Source of the DNA: Malacoraja senta
Taxonomy: Eukaryota
Assembly (NCBI GenBank): GCA_038087875.1
Contig: CM075989.1
Span: forward strand, 25,422,001 to 25,476,998
Length of the DNA stretch: 54,998 nt
Direction: 5' to 3'
Part shown: positions 52,506 to 54,998 of the stretch, one piece after another
How positions within the stretch are numbered: position 1 is the stretch's first letter
Layout of the letters: each line of letters starts with the position of its first letter
Position numbers and translations under genes: made by a program
Notes under the pieces: generated by a model
The model's database searches: none
Told to the model about the DNA's origin: nothing
The model's input: only the letters and a program-made list of their open reading frames with translations

Positions 52506-53260
52506 GCAAAACTCCGATATCTGCTATCAGATCAATCAGAAATCCCGATGGTTCAGCATCTTTGATCTTCCTATTTGCTGGGACTGAGATCTTGTATTCC
52601 CTTCCTACTCACTGGGGCATGGATCCTGCACTTCCATTTAAGTCTTGTGCTCTCTTTACATTCACCAGGTTCACTGGGAAATGTATTATAAAGCCAGCAG
52701 TCTGCTAATCCAGCACCTCTGTTGCGCCAAGTGTGCCCTGTTAGTGGAGTTTTACTGGACCTGGATAATTCACTGCAGGGTTATGGAACTTGTGCCAGAA
52801 AAGGATTTAGGTTTGGTAGCTACTTTTTACATGAGTACAGACACGATAGGCTAGATAGCCTCTTTCTGTATCATAAATGTTTTGTGATCCTAAATGTGTG
52901 AAATATTTTAATTCTCGGATACGAAATAAAGACATTGAATGTAAAAAAGCATCAAACTCTCACTATAATGGTATTTACTTTCTGTAGCATTCTCTCCACC
53001 CGCACTCACATTTATATTTCCATCATAAATGTTAATATTGTTTAGAATAGGGACAGGTTTGGATGTTAGGGGAAGATACTTAATTGGGACAAGGCAGATT
53101 ACAATGTCATTTGGCAGAAGCAATAGAAGGTGGATTCGGATCAGTAGTTATTGGCTACATCCACAGATGACATGTTGGACTAGTTTAAAACCCAGCTGAT
53201 CAAAATGCAGGATCAGGATGTTACAGGATAAGTCCCCAGGGCCTAATCGGAACTGTGGTG

Positions 53261-54590
53261 AAGTGGTGAAATCATTGGACAAAGTCAGCATGGATTTACG
53301 AAAGGTAAATCGTGTCTGACGAATCTTATAGAATTTTTCGAGGATGTAACTAGTAGAGTGGATAGGGGAGAACCAGTGGATGTGTTGTATCTGGACTTTC
53401 AGAAGGCTTTCGACAAGGTACCACATAAGAGATTAGTATACAAACTTAAAGCACACGGTATTGGGGGTTCAGTATTGATGTGGATAGAGAACTGGCTGGC
53501 AAACAGGAAGCAAAGAGTAGGAGTAAACAGGTCCTTTTCACAATGGCAGGCAGTCACTAGTGGGGTACTGCAAGGCTCAGTGCTGGGACCCCAGCTATTT
53601 ACAATTTATATTAATGAGCTGGATGAGGGAATTGAAGGCAACATCTCCAAGTTTGCGGATGACACTAAGCTGGGGGGCAGTGTTAGCTGTGAGGAGGATG
53701 CTAGGAGACTGCAAGGTGACTTGGATAGGCTGGGTGAGTGGGCAAATGTTTGGCAGATGCAGTATAATGTGGATAAATGTGAGGTTATCCACTTTGGTGG
53801 CAAAGACAATAAAGCAGACTATTATCTAAATGGTGGCCGATTAGGTAATGGGGAGATGCAGCGAGACCTGGGTGTCATGGTACACCAGTCATTGAAAGTA
53901 GGCATGCAGGTGCAGCAGGCAGTGAAGAAAGCGAATGGTATGTTAGCTTTCATAGCAAAAGGATTTGAGTATAGGAGCAGGGAGGTTCTACTGCAGTTGT
54001 ACAGGGTCTTGGTGAGACCACACCTGGAGTATTGCGTACAGTTTTGGTCTCCAAATCTGAGGAAGGACATTATAGCCATAGAGGGGGTGCAGAGAAGGTT
54101 CACCAGACTGATTCCTGGGATGTCAGGACTTTCATATGAAGAAAGACTGGATAGACTTGGCTTATACTCGCTAGAATTTAGGAGATTAAGAGGGGATCTT
54201 ATAGAAACGTACAAAATTCTTATGGGGTTGGACAGGCTAGATGCAGGAAGATTGTTCCCGATGTTGGGGAAGTCCAGGACAAGGGGTCACAGCTTAAGGA
54301 TAAGGGGGAAATCCTTTAAGACCGAGATGAGGAAAAACTTTTTCACACAGAGAGTGGTGAATCTCTGGAACTCTCTGCCACAGAGGGTAGTTGAGGCCAG
54401 TTCATTGGCTATATTTAAGAGGGAGTTAGATGTGGCCCTTGTGGCTAAAGGAATCAGGGGGTATGGAGAGAAGGCAGGTACGGGATACTGAGTTGGATGA
54501 TCAGCCATGATCATATTGAATGGCGGTGCAGGCTCGAAGGGCCGAATGGCCTACTCCTGGACCTATTTTCTATGTATCTATGTATCTATG
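53261..54590 (+). mobile_element. Young 5'-truncated CR1 with an uninterrupted RT frame
   Basis: Frame open to the stop at 54491 with FADD intact; (TATCTATG)n tail; inserted in an older CR1 (DKSPGP before, REAREEIAEAL after). Confidence 0.95.
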
Positions 54591-54998
54591 TCCCACGTTA
54601 TTCAGGGAGGCAAGAGAGGAGATTGCGGAGGCCTTGATGAGGATCTCCGGTTCTTTCCTAGCCGCAGGCGAGGCCCCAGAGGCATTAAGGGAAGTAAGAA
54701 GAATCCAGGGAACTATAGACAGGTGCGCCTCAGGTCAGTGGTAGGGAAACGACTGAATGAGAATTCTTCAAGATAGGGTTTACTTTGATTGGAAGAAAAT
54801 TGACTAATTAGGGATAGCCAGCACAGCTTTGTAGGCAGCCTGTCATGTCTTACTAATATGGTTGACTTTTCGAGGAGATGATAAAGGAGATTGGTGAAGG
54901 TAGGTTGTTGTTGTCTACATGGATTTTAGTAAGGCTTTGATAAGGCCTCTCATGGTAGGCTGATCCGGAAGATTAAGATGTATGGGATTTATGATGAC
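54591..54998 (+). mobile_element. Older CR1 ORF2 fragment
   Basis: NPGNYR-V-L-SVVGK, SCLTN, YMDFSKA remnants. Confidence 0.8.

Overview
Vertebrate genomic DNA, most likely from a cartilaginous fish such as a skate or ray (inferred from the HE1/V-SINE-like SINEs and CR1 families; not proven). One host gene is visible on the + strand: six exons (17985-50608, 930 nt spliced, 309 aa plus stop) of a divergent SCaMC/ATP-Mg/Pi mitochondrial carrier (SLC25A23/24/25/41 family). No EF-hand exons or in-frame start codon were found in the window. The rest is nested transposable elements: many CR1 LINEs, Rex-Babar fragments, SINEs, Penelope remnants, a Gypsy remnant and DNA transposons. Three elements carry unexpected cargo. 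(1) A full-length Tx1-clade LINE (2582-8973, minus, 14-15 bp TSD) starts with U1 snRNA nt 1-56, followed by a structure-preserving U2-like segment. (2) A BEL/Pao LTR element (25371-29665, minus, TSD AGAGG) holds a tRNA-Asp(GTC) unit between pol and the PPT; it is cut off after the T-arm and ends in T5, making it a candidate self-encoded primer. (3) A DNA transposon with a 7-bp TSD (35830-37733) retains an exon encoding a Spindlin/Tudor-like domain. Comparisons with reference U1, U2, tRNA, SPIN1 and SLC25 sequences were made by eye from memory and need database confirmation.
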